DNA of 64,000 nt from Sumerlaeia bacterium (GCA_040219255.1 JAVJSW010000004.1:96001-160000); one strand, 5' to 3'; counted from the first letter of the stretch, positions 12,801-25,162 are shown. Notes: a model not told the origin generated them from the letters alone. Translations and numbers: made by a program.

Positions 12801-15800
12801 CAAAACCACACCGCTTGAAGACCTGCTTGTAGCGGAGCCGAAAGAGGGCATGGAAGTTGGGGAGCAATTCACTTACTCACCGACTATCTTGATTGGAAAA
12901 ACCCCGAACGACTTGAGTCCAGCGGCGCAAGGAACCATCGAATTCGCTAGCGAGGAAATTATCTTCACTCGGCAGGATTTTGAGAATACTCTGTCTGGCA
13001 TCGATGAGTTTTACTGCTGCCTCGATTCGCCGCGTCGCTACATGGCCCTCGAGCTGCGTTTCAAGCCTGACGCCATGGCGCCGGACTTCCAAGTGGTGAT
13101 CGAAACCATGGACGACCTGCGCTTTGATGGCTATTGCTCCCTCGTCTCGGAGGACCAGATCCCCCACACTTATATCGACAATTATGGCACGGGAACCTAC
13201 CTGATGGAAGGCCCTATCGGCCGCGTCGGGTTCCCGCCAAACGGCCTTCTGATCCGCCTGGACGATCCGCGCGAGGACCTGCCGAACGTTTTCTTCGCCG
13301 ACCGCGCGACGACCTACGCGGCGGTGCAGTGGCGTTTCGCCCGCATCAGCAACGCGGTGGAGCATGTGCTGGTGAATGACCTGACGGTGGAAACGACGGG
13401 AACGATGCCCTTCGAGGTCCTCTTCGATCCCGCCCTGATCGGGTTGAAGTACCGCAATGGCGGGAACAAGGAAGTGACGACGCCGGGAATTTACGATCCG
13501 GTGACGCAAACGATCGGGTTCACGAACCTGGAAATCGACACCTCGAAAACGAACACGGTGGAGTTGCTGCTGACTGGCTCGGCTGGCACCCGCGCGGGTT
13601 TGCGAGATGGCGAGTCGATGATCTTCACGATTCCCACCGGCGGCGTTCTTGGCGCCGGCAAGGATTCGACGCTGCCCCTGACGACCATCTCCGTCATCCC
13701 CGGCGTGAACAATCAAGACCGCCAGAAACTGCCATTCCCCGCGCCGCCGGTGGTGATCGGTGCGGGCATCGCCTATGTCACTGGGCCAGAGAACAGCAGC
13801 CGCTTCCACATCAACGAAGCGACCGGCGTGGTGACGATGACGGCGCGGATTTCCGGCGACCGCTCGGATCAGTATCAGCTTGAGGAGCTGCTGGTGACCG
13901 CGTCGGGAACGGTCGACAGTCTGCTTCACCTCGATGGCGCGGCGGTCCGGCTCTATGAGAGCAAATCGGGTCCCGCCACGTTCGACGAGACGCGCGATAT
14001 CGCTCTCGGCGTTGGCGAATTCGACGGCGCGGGGGAGGCCCGAATCCGGCTGACACCGACCTTCCCCTTTGCCGGACCAAGCGGCAAGTCCATCAAACTG
14101 GTGGTGGACCTGAACGGAACGGCTCCCGACCTGACGACGTTGCAACACAGCCTTGTGGGACAACTGGGACTGAGTGCCCGGGGCAACTTGTCGAGCGATC
14201 TGGCGACGGTTTACTATGCGGAGGATCGGCAGGACCCGGATGCGGCGCGGGTGGACGGGCCGGTGCTGACCATCGGAAAAGCGACGGTGAATATCAACCC
14301 AAGCAACCGGGTGCCGGCGGGCGAGGCGGAAAGCCCGGTCTTCGTGCTGCCAGGCAGCAAAGCCGTTCCCGCGCTGGCCATGGAAGTCCGGGTCCGCGAG
14401 ATCGAAGACATCACGGCCGACAGCCTGACCTTCCAAAGTGCGGGAACCTCCATCGAACCTCAGGCGGTCGAGTCGGCAGCCCTCTATGTGGACATCAACC
14501 GCGACGGTCTGGCCCAGCCGACGGATGTGAAACTGGGCGAAGCGCCCTTCGCTCTGGACGATGAATTCCTGACGATTCCCTTCGACGAGCCCTTCAATCT
14601 GGGCATTGGAGCCAAGAGCGATCTGCTGCTCGTGTACAATCTGACCGGGATGGGGCTTCAGAATCAGACGCTTCAGGCATCGCTGCCCCTTATGCCGCAG
14701 GCGGGCGCCCCCCGAAACGACATTATGGGAGGGCGGGGAATCTTCACCGACCAGCCCATCGGTGCCTATCGCACCAGCGGCGGGGACGAGGCCTTCACGG
14801 GAGCTTATCTCGTCTTCACCGCCGGCATCCTCGAGGTCGACACCGCCACCGGCAATCCCGATTCGGGGCGCAGCGTACGGCCCGATGCGACGGATGAGCC
14901 GCTGTTCGTGTTCTCGCTGCGCGAGCGGTACAACCTCGAGCCCGTCGGTCTGAACCGCGTCCGCGTCAGTGTGGACGTGCCGGAGGAATCGGGCAACCTG
15001 GCGGGGGCGTTTTCGGGGTCGAGCTTTGGACTCTATCGCGAGGCGGAGGAAACGCGCAACGGCATCGTGGACCCGGGCGAGCCGCTGGTGGCGACGGCCG
15101 GCTTCGATCAGGTGACGAGCCGCATCGTGTTCACTTTGGACCCGAATGCGGACATTGTGCCGCAGAACAAGGTCTCGACCTACATCGTGACGGCGACGCT
15201 GAACGCGCCGGAGACGTTTATCGATAAGACGTTCCGCTTGAGTCTGGCGGGCGCGGACTCGGTGACGGGCGTCGGCAAGACGTCGAACCTGCCGTCGATC
15301 ACGCGTCTGACGAAGGAAAACATTCGAACCGGCCTGTTACAGTTCCGCTTCCCGAGCGTGCGCCTGCGTCTATCGACCTCGTCGATTCCCGCGGGTACGG
15401 GCTTCGCGGTCGATTTGCAGAACGCGGAGTTGATGCTTCTGCTGGCGGAGACGACGACGGCTTCGGACGCGCGGTTGACGCGCCTGGTGGTAGACCCGAC
15501 CGGTTCGGCGGACGAATCGGCGGCCTTCGCGGGCGGTGTGGCGCGCCTGATCCAGGACACCGGCACGGACCCGCGCAACATCGATCCGGCCGACACGGTG
15601 ATCGGCACGGCCACTATCGCCCAGGACAACGGACGGATTGTCTTCGACATTCCCCAGAACTCGGTCCCCATGCCCAAGGGCGGGCAAACGCATTTCTTCC
15701 TGTCGGCGGATTTGGCGGCTTCCGCGTTCGAGAACGAGACGCTGGCGTTCCGTATCCCGAACGAACCGGACGCGGTGGTCTTCACCGAATTGCCGGGCTC

Positions 15801-17790
15801 GAAACCGACTCTGAACCAAGGGACCACGCTGCCGATCAGCAGCGGTCCGTACCCGATTGAGGGGCGGCGCATCGCGCTGAGCCATCCGGGAAGCGCGCCG
15901 CTCGAAGACCTGGAAATCCTGCCTGGTGCCACCGGCATCGAAATGATCGCCGCGGACATGGAGGCCACCGACGCGGAGGCGCTGGAGGTCACGAGTCTGG
16001 TGCTGAACGTCGAGAGCACCGGCAATCTGGCGGGCGACCTCGTGAACGGCGAGATTCAAGTGTATTACGATTCGCGCAACGACAACAGGCTGAACACCAG
16101 CCAGGACGAGTTACTGGCGACGGTGGCGGCGGCCCAGGGCGAAGTCCGAGTGGACTTCCCGGCCAATCCGATGCCGCTGGGCGCGGGTGGCCGCGAACGG
16201 CTTTGGGTCGTGGCGAGCTTCTCGGGCGACGGAGCCCAGGGTTCGACCTATCGCGTGAACCTGACGGGCGTGGGAGCCCAGGGTCTCAATTCGAAGTTGT
16301 CCGCCGCCACCGATCCGCTGCCGCATCCGGGGCGCCTGGTGACGATCGCGCCGCCGCGGGCGAACTTCCTGTCGCCGATGTCGGAGTTGTCGCCCCAGCG
16401 CGCCTACGCCGACGAATCGCCCTTCGTCCTGACCAGTCTGCTGCTGGATACGGGACAGGCGGAAGACTTGATGCTTGAGAGCCTGACGGTGACGCTCCAG
16501 CAGGACGCCAAGGGGGCCGGACCGGTTCCGGCGGGGCCGGAGGTTTTCCTCGGGCCTGCTCTGAGCCTGATCTACGACGCCAACGGATCGGGTCAGTACG
16601 AACCCAACGGCGACGAGGTCCTGGCCGCCGATGTGGCCTTTGCGGGCTCTTCGGTGACGTTCGCCGGTCTGAACAAGGCTTTCGACGCGGCCGGCCGCAG
16701 TTACGGCTTCCTGATTACCGGCGAGCTGGATTCACCGGCGACGGGCACCCTGGTCGGTGCGGCCATTACGGCGGCGAACGCCAAGGGTATGGTTTCGGAT
16801 CAGGCGGCGGCCGTCACGGGTCTGCCGATGGCGGGGTCGATACGCACCCTGCTCGGCCCCGCCGAACGCCTGACGCCGCTCTATGTGGACGCGCTGGAGG
16901 AAGAAACCAACATCCTCCAACCCCATGGCGACTGGCACATCCTGGAAGCCCCGGAGGACATGAGCTTCTTCGGCAACAAGGTCCTCGCGACCAATTCCGA
17001 GCGTGGCTTCGCTGTCGCCGCGAACTATACCGCGGACATCCTGCCGGCGTTCGACCTGACGGGATCGCTGGGGCAGGAGCGCTTCGGCTATTGGGTTCGC
17101 TACAACTCGCCCAACACGGGGTACACATTGCGGACCCAATACCTGAACCCGGCGAACGGAAGCTGGGTGAACCTGGGAAGCACGACGGGCCGTGCGAACA
17201 CCGCCTGGCGCTATATCGAGGTCGCTGTCCCAAGCGCCGAGCGCAACAGCGACAACTTCCGGCTGCGCTTCATGCTCGATGGCGCCACGGGCGACTCGCC
17301 CGATTCGTTCGCCTGGATCGACAACCTGACGTTGTTGCCGCCTTCGGGCGATGTCTCCCTCCTGATGGACCGTTTCCAGCCGGCGAACGGCTTCCCGACG
17401 ACGGTGCGCCCGGGGACGAACGATTGGCTTCTCGAACTGCGTCTTCGCAACTCCGGCTCGCTGACGCCTATCGAGTTCCTCGGCTTCGACCTTTATGTGC
17501 AGTCGCGCGACGGCCGCAACATGGCGGACGAGGTGAGCTACGAACTGGCGGAGGGCAATCTGGCGCCCTTGACGAACGGCGAAAACCGGACGCTCAAACT
17601 GCGCTTCACCTTCCCGGAAACGATCAAGGAGGACGAGGTGCTGATCGTTCCGCCGACCATTCTCTACCGCCTGGGGCCGAGCGCCCCGACGGAGCGATAC
17701 GAGGCCGCCGGACCGATGCGGACCGTCGTCCTTTCGATCTTCAAAGGGCAGGTTCCGGCGGATGCTCCAGACGGTTGGTTGGTGAAATAA
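9892..17790 (+). CDS. Giant (2632 aa) secreted repeat protein, probable adhesin/S-layer-like surface protein
   Basis: Signal peptide (..PAAAKA|Q). Roughly 13 imperfect ~150-aa beta-rich repeats, many with a DxDxDG-like loop and DNG turn. C-terminal lectin/MAM-like region; ends DGWLVK. Confidence 0.85.
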   Translation: MNAASVRTCLVILTLAASFWPAAAKAQTPASARITEGPKNNEAQFMGKSANDYPVLQVAIQNLETERTLTVTRMVFQASGTGNEATALETDGAWLIHDEDGDGELKRGADGLPAEPVLGMTDYAADDGTVAFTFDPVEIEPGKSKNFTLLYNMNGSATKDQTFRVSLAAREDVTAGVKDTIDPVEFQDGAFPVLGLQKTIGNGTITITVLPDDRETIPYFMAGSPKSEAFRIRFENSREERGLLRGFSVTASGPLDEGLVSVVDGLRFLKLKDASTDLPGDLVTSKDVLSTATLSEDNGTATFELAEPVRLARGEVIVGVVTVEFGVVPEEYFRTTRFFIPESSVVVEGLGSELPQLPILGEGFSGPPRPYQGLGVSLENTSRVSGGPVIKGSQDLHAFGIQFRNDAFDDATFTSVRVTASGSVNEVAELTKVELWLDGERDNDLEGPGDLLLGAKAFEEDNGSILFDGFSVQNQANRANLTLILRVSLADTIEEGETIRFHVQAQGDVIGTGDKTIAPIVLKNAPLNGPQFRVSDAGIILVDDPTNGFANEERGPEIPRSGDDILLWNFVAKPDPAEPVRLEELNIRLGGSVDHSLYIQSAKLYQDVSRQGKFDPDANNVVIAQMGTPVRDGLLTFRPDPPFLMPNNRDFGFLLVVDLKDAPQTVYGETLQFTIPATMDNGDPGMKLIGELSQTIRPVLNLPFESEEKTIVQPKVTVKQLNIRPPGFVVRNCINNGEAGFLQIELTNSDSERIRWDSVLVEGTSFDGQAGLDRHIYDVWIFNDRNKDFEYNNNDRDMGFARPLTFFNSEGKALIPVRQKLDDYYRFFGDDIPDSIDLTRRTSSVFVLTYSMQSPVPVPVDNSIWFDSVVPENGLRFFGDDSGDEVLVEVVTGVDQSLPGQRVVAGSGEATITNRSNQLDTTSDETDFYFTPSVPKELTRVFLAQVETGIIEQLITASSKPLRFKIIRSDKTTPLEDLLVAEPKEGMEVGEQFTYSPTILIGKTPNDLSPAAQGTIEFASEEIIFTRQDFENTLSGIDEFYCCLDSPRRYMALELRFKPDAMAPDFQVVIETMDDLRFDGYCSLVSEDQIPHTYIDNYGTGTYLMEGPIGRVGFPPNGLLIRLDDPREDLPNVFFADRATTYAAVQWRFARISNAVEHVLVNDLTVETTGTMPFEVLFDPALIGLKYRNGGNKEVTTPGIYDPVTQTIGFTNLEIDTSKTNTVELLLTGSAGTRAGLRDGESMIFTIPTGGVLGAGKDSTLPLTTISVIPGVNNQDRQKLPFPAPPVVIGAGIAYVTGPENSSRFHINEATGVVTMTARISGDRSDQYQLEELLVTASGTVDSLLHLDGAAVRLYESKSGPATFDETRDIALGVGEFDGAGEARIRLTPTFPFAGPSGKSIKLVVDLNGTAPDLTTLQHSLVGQLGLSARGNLSSDLATVYYAEDRQDPDAARVDGPVLTIGKATVNINPSNRVPAGEAESPVFVLPGSKAVPALAMEVRVREIEDITADSLTFQSAGTSIEPQAVESAALYVDINRDGLAQPTDVKLGEAPFALDDEFLTIPFDEPFNLGIGAKSDLLLVYNLTGMGLQNQTLQASLPLMPQAGAPRNDIMGGRGIFTDQPIGAYRTSGGDEAFTGAYLVFTAGILEVDTATGNPDSGRSVRPDATDEPLFVFSLRERYNLEPVGLNRVRVSVDVPEESGNLAGAFSGSSFGLYREAEETRNGIVDPGEPLVATAGFDQVTSRIVFTLDPNADIVPQNKVSTYIVTATLNAPETFIDKTFRLSLAGADSVTGVGKTSNLPSITRLTKENIRTGLLQFRFPSVRLRLSTSSIPAGTGFAVDLQNAELMLLLAETTTASDARLTRLVVDPTGSADESAAFAGGVARLIQDTGTDPRNIDPADTVIGTATIAQDNGRIVFDIPQNSVPMPKGGQTHFFLSADLAASAFENETLAFRIPNEPDAVVFTELPGSKPTLNQGTTLPISSGPYPIEGRRIALSHPGSAPLEDLEILPGATGIEMIAADMEATDAEALEVTSLVLNVESTGNLAGDLVNGEIQVYYDSRNDNRLNTSQDELLATVAAAQGEVRVDFPANPMPLGAGGRERLWVVASFSGDGAQGSTYRVNLTGVGAQGLNSKLSAATDPLPHPGRLVTIAPPRANFLSPMSELSPQRAYADESPFVLTSLLLDTGQAEDLMLESLTVTLQQDAKGAGPVPAGPEVFLGPALSLIYDANGSGQYEPNGDEVLAADVAFAGSSVTFAGLNKAFDAAGRSYGFLITGELDSPATGTLVGAAITAANAKGMVSDQAAAVTGLPMAGSIRTLLGPAERLTPLYVDALEEETNILQPHGDWHILEAPEDMSFFGNKVLATNSERGFAVAANYTADILPAFDLTGSLGQERFGYWVRYNSPNTGYTLRTQYLNPANGSWVNLGSTTGRANTAWRYIEVAVPSAERNSDNFRLRFMLDGATGDSPDSFAWIDNLTLLPPSGDVSLLMDRFQPANGFPTTVRPGTNDWLLELRLRNSGSLTPIEFLGFDLYVQSRDGRNMADEVSYELAEGNLAPLTNGENRTLKLRFTFPETIKEDEVLIVPPTILYRLGPSAPTERYEAAGPMRTVVLSIFKGQVPADAPDGWLVK

Positions 17791-17891
17791 TCCCCATTAT
17801 GCGGGGACCAGACTTGACTTGGGGGGCGGCGGTGGGGCCATTTGCTGGCCCCATTTCGACCTCCTCACCGACGAATGAAGGACCTCTCCGC

Positions 17892-19892
17892 ATGACCACC
17901 ACGCAAGCCACCGCCCTGGACATCCCGGCTCTCGAGAAAGCCGCGCTCGCCATCCGCAGCCTTTCCATCGACGCCATCGAAGCCTCCGACAGCGGCCACC
18001 CGGGCTTGCCGATGGGATGCGCCGAGGCGGCCAGCCTCATTTATTTGAACCACCTGCGCTACGATCCCAAGCGCCCCGATTGGCCCAATCGCGACCGCTT
18101 CGTGCTCTCGGCGGGTCACGGCTGCATGCTGCTCTATTCGCTGCTGCACCTGGCTGGCTATGGTCTGGACAAGAAGGAAATCGAGAACTTCCGCCAGCTC
18201 GGATCGAAGACCCCGGGCCACCCGGAATACGGCCACACCGTGGGCGTCGAAACCACCACCGGCCCCCTGGGCCAGGGCGCGGGCAACGCGGTCGGCATGG
18301 GTCTCGCCGGCCTGATGCTGGGCGATCGCTTCGGCAAGGACCTGGTCGATTACCACGTGTACGCCATCTGCTCGGACGGCGACATGATGGAAGGCGTCAG
18401 CGGCGAAGCCTGCTCGTTCGCGGGCCATCATCAGATCGGCAACCTGATTTTCCTCTACGATGACAATAACATCTCGATCGAAGGCCGCACCGACATCACC
18501 TTCAAGGGCGAAAACGTCGGCAAGCGCTATGAAGCCTATGGCTGGCACGTGCAGCACGAGGTGGACGGCCACGATTTCGAGGCCCTGAACGCGGCCATCG
18601 AAGCCGCCAAGGCGGATCCCCGCCCCAGCCTGATCGTGATGCAGACCACCATTGGCAAGGGCTCGCCCAACAAGGCCGACACCCCCGGCATCCACGGCTC
18701 GCCGCTGGGCGCCGACGAAGCCAAGCTGACCAAGGAAGCGCTCGGCATTCCGCTGGACCAGCCCTTCTGGGTGCCCCAGGAAGCCTACGCCGCCTATGAA
18801 GCGCGCGCCAAGGAAGGCGCCGCGCTCTCCGCCGCGTGGGACGAAGCGCTTCGGGCGTCGTCCAAGCGCGCCGAGTTCGAAGCATTCCTGCGCAAAGCCC
18901 CGGTGGACCTGAAGCCCCATCGCCCGAAAGCCGAGCCGGGCAAATCCGCCGCCACCCGCAAGACCGCCGGCGCCGCGGAAAACGCCTACGCCCCGCATGT
19001 GCCGTGGCTGGTGGGCGGGTCCGCCGATCTGGCGCCTTCGACCAACACGCTGATCAAGGACACGACGGCGGTGAAGGCGGGCGATTTCTCGGGCCGCAAC
19101 ATCCACTTCGGCGTGCGCGAGCACGGCATGGGCGCCATCTGCAACGGCCTCGCCGTCAGCGGCTTCAAGCCCTTCGGCGCCACGTTCCTGCAATTCAGCG
19201 ACTACATGCGCGCCAGCGTCCGCCTCTCGGCCCTGATGAAGCTGCCCTGCGTCTGGATCTACACCCACGACTCGATTTTCCTCGGTGAAGACGGCCCAAC
19301 GCACCAGCCCGTCGAACACGTCGCCGCCCTGCGCGCCATCCCGCGCCTGACGGTGATCCGCCCCGCCGACGCCGATGAAGCGGCCGTGGCCTGGGAAGTC
19401 GCCATCGCCAAGCATGATGGCCCGGTGGCGCTGATCCTGACGCGCCAGAACCTGCCGAACCTGGACCGGGGCGATGGCAAGCTGGCCGCCGCCGATGGCC
19501 TGGAGCGGGGCGGCTATGTACTGCGCCCGGAGAAGGACGGCCGCCAGCCCGAACTGATCCTGATCGCCACCGGCTCGGAAGTCCACATCTGCGCCGCGGC
19601 GGCGGAGAAGCTGGAAGCCGCCGGCAAGAGCGTCCGCGTGGTCTCCATGCCAAGCGTCGAACTCTTCGAAGCCCAGGACACCGCCTACCGCGACCAGGTC
19701 CTGCCCCCCACGGTGCGCAAGCGCCTCGTCGTGGAGGCCGGCGTGCCCATGGGCTGGAGCCGCTACGCTACCGAAGACGGCGCCATCCTCGGCATCGACA
19801 CCTTCGGCGAATCGGCCCCGGCGGAAGAGCTTGCCAAGCACTTTGGCTTTACGGCGGAGAATGTGGTGAAGCGGGCGGAGTTGCTGGGGTAG
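17892..19892 (+). CDS. tkt: Transketolase
   Basis: [43 protein letters not shown] and [18 protein letters not shown] motifs. ATG 17892 follows AAGGA. Confidence 0.97.
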   Translation: MTTTQATALDIPALEKAALAIRSLSIDAIEASDSGHPGLPMGCAEAASLIYLNHLRYDPKRPDWPNRDRFVLSAGHGCMLLYSLLHLAGYGLDKKEIENFRQLGSKTPGHPEYGHTVGVETTTGPLGQGAGNAVGMGLAGLMLGDRFGKDLVDYHVYAICSDGDMMEGVSGEACSFAGHHQIGNLIFLYDDNNISIEGRTDITFKGENVGKRYEAYGWHVQHEVDGHDFEALNAAIEAAKADPRPSLIVMQTTIGKGSPNKADTPGIHGSPLGADEAKLTKEALGIPLDQPFWVPQEAYAAYEARAKEGAALSAAWDEALRASSKRAEFEAFLRKAPVDLKPHRPKAEPGKSAATRKTAGAAENAYAPHVPWLVGGSADLAPSTNTLIKDTTAVKAGDFSGRNIHFGVREHGMGAICNGLAVSGFKPFGATFLQFSDYMRASVRLSALMKLPCVWIYTHDSIFLGEDGPTHQPVEHVAALRAIPRLTVIRPADADEAAVAWEVAIAKHDGPVALILTRQNLPNLDRGDGKLAAADGLERGGYVLRPEKDGRQPELILIATGSEVHICAAAAEKLEAAGKSVRVVSMPSVELFEAQDTAYRDQVLPPTVRKRLVVEAGVPMGWSRYATEDGAILGIDTFGESAPAEELAKHFGFTAENVVKRAELLG

Positions 19893-19983
19893 GGCTGCCC
19901 ACGTGACAGGGAACGCCACGTCAGATAGCGGGATCGGATTGAATGACGCGTATCAGGTATAAAGTCATTTCACCTTCGACCCC

Positions 19984-20202
19984 CTAGATTTTCTCCCAAT
20001 CTTCACGGCTGATACCAATTTGTCGAAGCAGGTTGCCCAGCAGTCCGACGCCTATGTCACCTTTGTGCGGATTTGGGATGGTGACAACCAAGTCTCCCCG
20101 AACCATGTACGAGTGGTTCCCCCCTGCATAAGGACCTTCAAAGCCAATGTCCTTGAGAGCGCGAATAAGCTTTCGTCTGCTGATTGGGCCAAAGGGCGGC
20201 AT
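19984..20202 (-). CDS. hicA: HicA-family mRNA interferase toxin
   Basis: 72 aa basic protein with LKDIGF..GGNH..VTIPNPHKGDIGVGLL. TGATG overlap with hicB. Confidence 0.88.
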   Translation of the reverse strand: MPPFGPISRRKLIRALKDIGFEGPYAGGNHSYMVRGDLVVTIPNPHKGDIGVGLLGNLLRQIGISREDWEKI

Positions 20203-20444
20203 CAGTTCGCTTCCTGAACAGCCAGCCGAATACCGTTCATTTCGGGAATCGCCATTCCCCTCGAAAGCCTCACCAGCAACCAGCCTTCCAAGACCTCGAG
20301 CAATTCCGCCCGGCATTCCTCCAAGGTGGACGCGTTCGCCCAAACCCCTGGAAAATCAGGGATCTCGCCATAGTACGAGCGGTCGTCCGGCAGAATCTCA
20401 TAAGTGGCGGATTTCATAGCGGCGTCCAGGTATTGGGTAATCAT
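20202..20444 (-). CDS. hicB: Short HicB-family antitoxin (no DNA-binding domain)
   Basis: YYGEIPDFPGVWANASTLEECRAELLEVLEGW. Acidic, 80 aa. Confidence 0.88.
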   Translation of the reverse strand: MITQYLDAAMKSATYEILPDDRSYYGEIPDFPGVWANASTLEECRAELLEVLEGWLLVRLSRGMAIPEMNGIRLAVQEAN

Positions 20445-20577
20445 CGCGTTGGCTTCCTTCGAGCAAGACTCCTGACTCAGCACTCGAATCCTCCCCCACT
20501 CCCTCTCCATTGACAACCCCTTCCTCCATCCGTGAGCCTGCCGCCGTTGAATTCCGGGCGAAAGGGCAGCCCTCTCC

Positions 20578-21480
20578 GTGGCCGATGCCATCCAGCAATT
20601 GTCTCCTCCCCCGCCTTCGGACGCCGTGCTCCTTGAGGGAGCGCCGGCCATATCCATGCGGGATGTGCGTAAGTCCTTTGGGCCCAAGGTGATCTACCGG
20701 GGGCTCGACCTGCGAGTGGAGGAGGGCGAAACGCACGTCGTCATCGGCCGCTCGGGCGAGGGCAAGAGCGTGCTTCTCAAGCACATCTGCGGCCTTCTGG
20801 CGCCCGACTCCGGCGTGGTCGAGGTCGAGGGCTGCCCCGTCGATGCGCACAAGCCCAAGTCGCTGCGCTTCATTCGCGACCGGGTTACGATGGTGTTCCA
20901 GATGGGCGCGCTCTTCGACAGCATGACGGTGCGCAAGAACGTCGGCTTTTACCTGGATCAGCAGAAAAACAAGCCGCAGGCGGAAATCGATCAGTTGTGC
21001 GAGAAGCTGCTGGAGGAAGTGAACCTGCCGAACACGGGGCACTTGCTGCCGTCCGAGCTTTCCGGCGGCATGCGCAAGCGCGTCGGCCTGGCGCGGGCGC
21101 TCGCGGTGGAGCCGCGGATCATTCTCTACGACGAACCGACCACGGGCCTGGACCCGGTGACGAGCCAGGTCATCAACGAGCTGATCGTCAAGACCCGGGA
21201 CCTGCACGCGGTCACCAGCATCGTCGTCACCCACGATATGAAGAGCGCGATGTATGTGGGCGATCGCATCTCGATGCTGTATGAGGGCATGATCATCTTC
21301 ACCGGAACGCCGGGCGAGTTGGAAGATTGCCCGGACCCGGTGGTGCAGCAGTTCATCCACGGCGACTCCGACGGGCCGATCACGAACAAAGAGTTCGAGG
21401 GCGTCCAGCGCATGTCGCAAACGCTGATCAACCGGTCGCAAATCTTGCGTAAGCTCGACGAATTGGACCGGGAAGAATAG
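20578..21480 (+). CDS. ABC ATP-binding protein, MlaF/Mkl type
   Basis: GRSGEGKS, FQMGALFDSMTV, LSGGMRKRVGLARA and YDEPTTGLDP motifs. Adjacent to an MCE gene. Confidence 0.92.
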   Translation: MADAIQQLSPPPPSDAVLLEGAPAISMRDVRKSFGPKVIYRGLDLRVEEGETHVVIGRSGEGKSVLLKHICGLLAPDSGVVEVEGCPVDAHKPKSLRFIRDRVTMVFQMGALFDSMTVRKNVGFYLDQQKNKPQAEIDQLCEKLLEEVNLPNTGHLLPSELSGGMRKRVGLARALAVEPRIILYDEPTTGLDPVTSQVINELIVKTRDLHAVTSIVVTHDMKSAMYVGDRISMLYEGMIIFTGTPGELEDCPDPVVQQFIHGDSDGPITNKEFEGVQRMSQTLINRSQILRKLDELDREE

Positions 21481-21538
21481 CCCTCGCTCTCTTCCCGCCC
21501 CCATCCCCAGCATTCCCCATCCGAACGGTGGACAGGTT

Positions 21539-22690
21539 ATGAGCGACAAACGAACGAACGACGTCCTGGTGGGGCTGGTGGTGCTGGCCTCTTTTGTGGC
21601 GCTGACGGTGATGACGCTGACAATCCGCAGCGAGATGATTCACTCGACGATCAAGATCAGCGCGATTTACGATAATGTTTCGGGACTCGAAGTCGGCTCG
21701 CCGGTGCTCATCAGCGGCATCCGCAAGGGCCGTGTGTCGAGCATCCGCGCCATCGAGGACAGCAAGCCCGGTGGCCTGCGCGAGCAAAAGGTGCTGGTGG
21801 GAATGATCGTCCGCGACGACATAACCCTCTATTCGAACGCCCGGATCAAGCTGGTCCAGCAGGGCTTTATCGGAGACAAGCGGGTGGAAATTGAACCGGG
21901 ATCGGAAGCCGGCGGCGAGCCCATCGCCAGCGGCGCGGTGCTGCCCGGCGTCCCCCCCATGGACATCGAACTCGCCATCAAGCAGTTCCAGGACATCGCC
22001 GACGACGTGCAGGCCACCGTCGCCCAAGTGCGCGACTTCGTCGATAGCGACGAAACGGTCGGAAACATCTCCAAGGCCCTCGAAGGCGTCGGTCAAACCG
22101 TGGAGGAACTGAACCTCTACCTGGCGGACAACCGCGAGAACGTCACCGCCACGGTCGCCAATGCGCGCTCGATTTCGGACCGCACGGCGGAATACCTGAA
22201 GGAGGGCGGAAAAGCGGATCGCATCACCGAGGAAGCGGCGCGGACGCTGGAAACGACCCGTGGAGAGGTTCAAGAACTGTCCGCCAAGGCGGAGGACGTG
22301 ATCGCCCGCGCCGACCGGATCGCCTCCGAACTGGAGCTGACTCTGGGCCATGTGCGCCGCGACGCCAACCGCGTCAGCGACTCCGCCGTCGCGTTCATGG
22401 ACACGACCAAGGAAGACTTCAAGGCGCTCTCGCAAGACGCCGCCGAGACGAGCGAAAACCTGAATGCCATTCTGGGCAAGGTGCGCCGCGGCGAAGGCAC
22501 CGTGGGCCGGCTGGTCAACGATCCGGCGCCCTTCGAGGACCTGAAGGCGAGCGCCGAGGCCCTGCGCAACTTCCTGCTCCGCAGCGAACGCGGCTTCTAC
22601 GACACGCGCATTCCCTACGGAGAAGGCACCCCCCAGCCCATCGAGTCCAATCCCATGCTGGACCCTGTGCCCGCCGCCATCGACCAATGA
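21539..22690 (+). CDS. MlaD/MCE-family protein with long helical tail
   Basis: N-terminal TM, VSGLEVGSPVLISGIRKGRV, GFIGDKRVEIEPG and GEGTVGRLVND motifs. Confidence 0.9.
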   Translation: MSDKRTNDVLVGLVVLASFVALTVMTLTIRSEMIHSTIKISAIYDNVSGLEVGSPVLISGIRKGRVSSIRAIEDSKPGGLREQKVLVGMIVRDDITLYSNARIKLVQQGFIGDKRVEIEPGSEAGGEPIASGAVLPGVPPMDIELAIKQFQDIADDVQATVAQVRDFVDSDETVGNISKALEGVGQTVEELNLYLADNRENVTATVANARSISDRTAEYLKEGGKADRITEEAARTLETTRGEVQELSAKAEDVIARADRIASELELTLGHVRRDANRVSDSAVAFMDTTKEDFKALSQDAAETSENLNAILGKVRRGEGTVGRLVNDPAPFEDLKASAEALRNFLLRSERGFYDTRIPYGEGTPQPIESNPMLDPVPAAIDQ

Positions 22691-24315
22691 CCCCCAAAGA
22701 CAACCCATCCGCCCCCGGCGCGGCGCCCCGGCAGGCCGGTCGCTTCGCCCTGATGGCGCTCGTGCTGGGCGTTTTCCTGGCCCACCTGCTGGTCACCGGC
22801 GCCCACATTCAGTCGCCCGATGGCGAACTGCTCTTTCGCACCGCCGAGTCCATCGCGCTCCGGGGCGAACTGAGCGTTCATCCGTTGGAGTACGACGAGG
22901 CCAGCGGCCAGCTCCTCGTTCCGCCGCAATTCACCTTCGCCACGGTGCCTGGGCGGGGCGGGGATTTTTACGCTCAGTACCTGCCGCTTCAATCGCTGCT
23001 GGCGGTGCCGCTGGTGTGGCTGGGCGAGTTGACGGCGCCCGCCTTCGCCGGGAGCTTCGCGCCCACTGTGGACACGCCCTACGGCTCCACGCCAGAGGGG
23101 CTCTGGCGCCGGGCCGTGGTGATCGGCGGGTTCAATCCGCTGGTGAACGCCCTGACGGCCCTGATCCTGGCGCGTCTGGCGGGCTTCCTGACATTGGGCA
23201 ATCGCCGGGCGGCGCTCTGGACCGCGGGGCTGTGGGGCTTTGGCACGATGGTCATGGTGCATTCGCGGACGTTTTTCACCGAGCCCCTCGCGGGGTTGCT
23301 GGCGCTGGTGGCGCTGGATCAACTGGTGCGCTGGTTCCACGATCCGCTGACGGTTGAGACCTCGCGCAAGCGGCTCCTGCGGGTCGTCGTGGCCGGCGCG
23401 GCGTTGTCCGGCGCGATCTGGACGCGCATGGATTCGCCGTTCATCGCCGCCGGCTTTGGCCTGGCGATGGTCGCCGTGGGCGAGTTCAAGCGCCGCCGCG
23501 AGAGCGCCTGGGGCGTCAGCGGCGGGTCCTTCCCCTTCCGCGATTACGCGGTTCTGGCCGCGATCTTGAGTATCGCCTTCTTCGCCCTGGTCGCCTTCAA
23601 CGCGTGGCGCTTCGACGTGGGGTTCGTGGACGCGCTGACGGGCGGCTACAGCGACCAGAGCGAAGGCGTGAAGTTTTCGACTCCGTTCCTGATCGGGCTC
23701 CACGGCTACCTGACGACGCCCGGCCGGGGGTTGTTTTTCTTCAGCCCGGCGCTGATTTTGGGCGTCCTGGGCTGGCGCTGCCTGCCCGCGGGAAGGCGTT
23801 GGACCGGGGTATTCATCGGCCTGGCGTGGCTGCCGTTCACGCTGGCGATGTGCAAGTGGCAGAACTGGAGCGGCGGCTGGGACTGGGGCCCGCGCCACAT
23901 CGTGCAGTTGCACGCGCCGCTGGCGCTGGGGGCGGCGTTTTGGCTCGCCCGGCCCGAGGCCCTGCGCCCCGCCCGCGCCGCCATCACGAAAGTCCTTATG
24001 GGAGTGGCGGTTTTGGTGCAGCTTTACGGAGCGAGCCAATCGGCGATGGCTTATCACCGCGATCTGTTCGTGACCGTGGACGATGGGTTCTATTTCCCCA
24101 TCGGCTACAATCCGGCGCAGACGGCCCAACTCCAGGCCGAGTTCGTTCTGTCGCCGCCTCGCATGCCAGCGCGCCAATTGCCCTTCGACATTCTGCCAGC
24201 GCCACTGGAGAGCAGCGTCACCACCTGGCGTGTGTCGCCCTGGAACGGCTACCTGGCGATGTGGCGGGAAGGGATGTGCGACGCCTGGCTGGTGAATCGG
24301 GTCCGGGGCGGGTAA
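22687..24315 (+). CDS. Polytopic membrane protein, GT-C (ArnT/PMT-like) glycosyltransferase
   Basis: Many TM helices, SPDG after TM1, FFTEP, PGRGLFFFSP and WSGGWDWGPRH motifs. ATGA-coupled to the MCE gene. Confidence 0.7.
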   Translation: MTPKDNPSAPGAAPRQAGRFALMALVLGVFLAHLLVTGAHIQSPDGELLFRTAESIALRGELSVHPLEYDEASGQLLVPPQFTFATVPGRGGDFYAQYLPLQSLLAVPLVWLGELTAPAFAGSFAPTVDTPYGSTPEGLWRRAVVIGGFNPLVNALTALILARLAGFLTLGNRRAALWTAGLWGFGTMVMVHSRTFFTEPLAGLLALVALDQLVRWFHDPLTVETSRKRLLRVVVAGAALSGAIWTRMDSPFIAAGFGLAMVAVGEFKRRRESAWGVSGGSFPFRDYAVLAAILSIAFFALVAFNAWRFDVGFVDALTGGYSDQSEGVKFSTPFLIGLHGYLTTPGRGLFFFSPALILGVLGWRCLPAGRRWTGVFIGLAWLPFTLAMCKWQNWSGGWDWGPRHIVQLHAPLALGAAFWLARPEALRPARAAITKVLMGVAVLVQLYGASQSAMAYHRDLFVTVDDGFYFPIGYNPAQTAQLQAEFVLSPPRMPARQLPFDILPAPLESSVTTWRVSPWNGYLAMWREGMCDAWLVNRVRGG

Positions 24316-24462
24316 GTTCCGGCTTTTCAACCGAGGACCCCCTATGCAAGGCTGGCGTCGCATCCGGCCCGAAAGATGCTCCCCTTGACCTGTCCCCGTG
24401 CCCGGGCGATCGATTTCAAGAGGACCCGGGGCGGGATTTCCCACACCCCTGAAGGACCCGCC

Positions 24463-25035
24463 ATGGAAGAACGCCACATCACCGTCGTCGGCATCAGCGG
24501 CAGCCTGCGCAAGGGCTCTTACACGCGGCTCGCGCTCGACGAAGCGCTGCGCGGGGCGGAAGCCACCGGCGCCCGAGTGCGGGTGTTCGACCCGCGCGAG
24601 TTCCCCCTGCCGTTCTGCGATGGGTCCGGAAACGCGGACGACCCCAATGTGGCTGCCTTGCGCGACGCCGTCGAGAAGGCGGACGGGCTGATCCTGGCGA
24701 CGCCGGAGTATCACGGTTCGTTTTCCGGGATTCTCAAGAACGCGCTGGATCTGCTCAGCTTCGATCAAATGGAAGAGAAAGTCTGCGGCCTCGTGAGCGT
24801 CCTCGGCGGTCAGAGCAACTCGAACTCACTCAATCATCTGCGCATCGTCTGCCGCCAGGTCCACTCCTGGGTCGTGCCGCATCAGGCCTCCGTCGGCGCC
24901 AGCTACCGGGCTTTTGGCGACGACGGCCAGATCACCGACGAGAAAATCCGCGCCCGCGTCCGCCGCGTCGGCGAGGACGTCGTCCGCTACGCTCGCCTTC
25001 TGAGGGAGAACCCGGAGTTGGCGGAGGTGGAATAG
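24463..25035 (+). CDS. NADPH-dependent FMN reductase
   Basis: GISGSLRKGS and ATPEYHGSFSGILKNALD motifs. Confidence 0.92.
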   Translation: MEERHITVVGISGSLRKGSYTRLALDEALRGAEATGARVRVFDPREFPLPFCDGSGNADDPNVAALRDAVEKADGLILATPEYHGSFSGILKNALDLLSFDQMEEKVCGLVSVLGGQSNSNSLNHLRIVCRQVHSWVVPHQASVGASYRAFGDDGQITDEKIRARVRRVGEDVVRYARLLRENPELAEVE

Positions 25036-25162
25036 CCGGCCCGGCAGGCAAGGCGCAACGTACAGGGGGCGGTTGGCCAAGCGTCGACACCTTGTCCCTT
25101 GAACGTCGCGGGCGGAATGCATAGAAACACGCCGGTTATGGCAGGGGAGCTTCGATCCGATC

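Noticed and set aside
17091-17891. 267-aa N-terminal extension of transketolase in the ORF track
   Set aside because: Overlaps the giant protein in another frame. The real start is ATG 17892 with an RBS.
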